DNA of 64,000 nt from Eledone cirrhosa (Eukaryota), in the NCBI GenBank assembly GCA_964016885.1, contig OZ024741.1, positions 176,080,001-176,144,000 of the forward strand. The letters are read 5' to 3'. The notes under the pieces were generated by a model that saw nothing but the letters and a program-made list of their open reading frames with translations, searched no databases and was not told the DNA's origin. This document shows positions 63,341-64,000 of this stretch, piece after piece (the first letter of the stretch is position 1; every line of letters begins with the position of its first letter). The translations under genes and the position numbers were made by a program.

Positions 63341-64000
63341 TTCTATTTAACCTACCGGGGTCGAAAAGTTCTAATACCAATCGATGAGATAAACTATACG
63401 CTTTCCGGAAATATGAGTGGATTTTTAATAAAGTTAGATATCATAATATTCAAATATTATGAATGCATTTCACATATTCATTCATTCAATTGGAGAATCT
63501 ATTATGTATTTCTTCGTTATGCAAAACATAATGTTTTCTCATTTGTTTTCTGAACATGTCACAGTTATCTCACAACCGCTGGGAATACCAACAGCTCAAT
63601 TTAAAGCCTCATATATATGAGATAACACTATACTATGGACTATACAATGGATGAGATTCACACCATACTGATTAACACATTGAAAGTTACAAGCGCAATC
63701 GAAAGCAACAGAAAAGCAGAAGCGCTATGTTAAAAAAAGTATATCAAAATGTTGTACTTCTGTACATCCATACATTAACAGACATACATGATTAAAGAAT
63801 AGCAGCAATATCATATGAGAATATATGTGTGTATATTGACCAGAATCAAGGAGGGCAGTAGTTAGAAGAATCTCCAACAGCTGGGAAAATCCTCAGCCGA
63901 TTTCGAATCATAGCTCTATCAAGGAAACTGGATAGCCTCGAGTTTCTTTCATCTTTACAATATGCATATTGGAAAACCCAAATATCACCCACCTTATATA

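Overview
AT-rich, microsatellite-dense metazoan DNA; the SINE/RTE repertoire suggests an octopus (inference). One host gene can be rebuilt by eye although the ORF track misses it: a five-coding-exon, 144-aa C22orf15/CXorf65-family gene on + (36875-61104). The rest is mostly mobile DNA: many RTE LINE fragments, a young GC-rich CRE-clade element with an N-terminal PHD-like finger, R4/Dong and Tx1 relics, two SINE families, two small Helitrons and a ~3 kb satellite with a ~31-bp unit. The strongest unexplained signal is more than 25 intact or decayed hammerhead ribozyme (HHR) motifs of several distinct sequence families. They lie in short non-coding elements, most inserted in (TA)n tracts, mostly as asymmetric fold-back dimers (one HHR per strand). 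Several families share an ACTC...GAGT hairpin found only on the longer arm, and two have non-canonical cores (CAGAAGA; CUGAAUGA). They look like non-autonomous Penelope-like elements or retrozymes. Everything was read manually without tools; element boundaries are approximate and ribozyme activity is untested.
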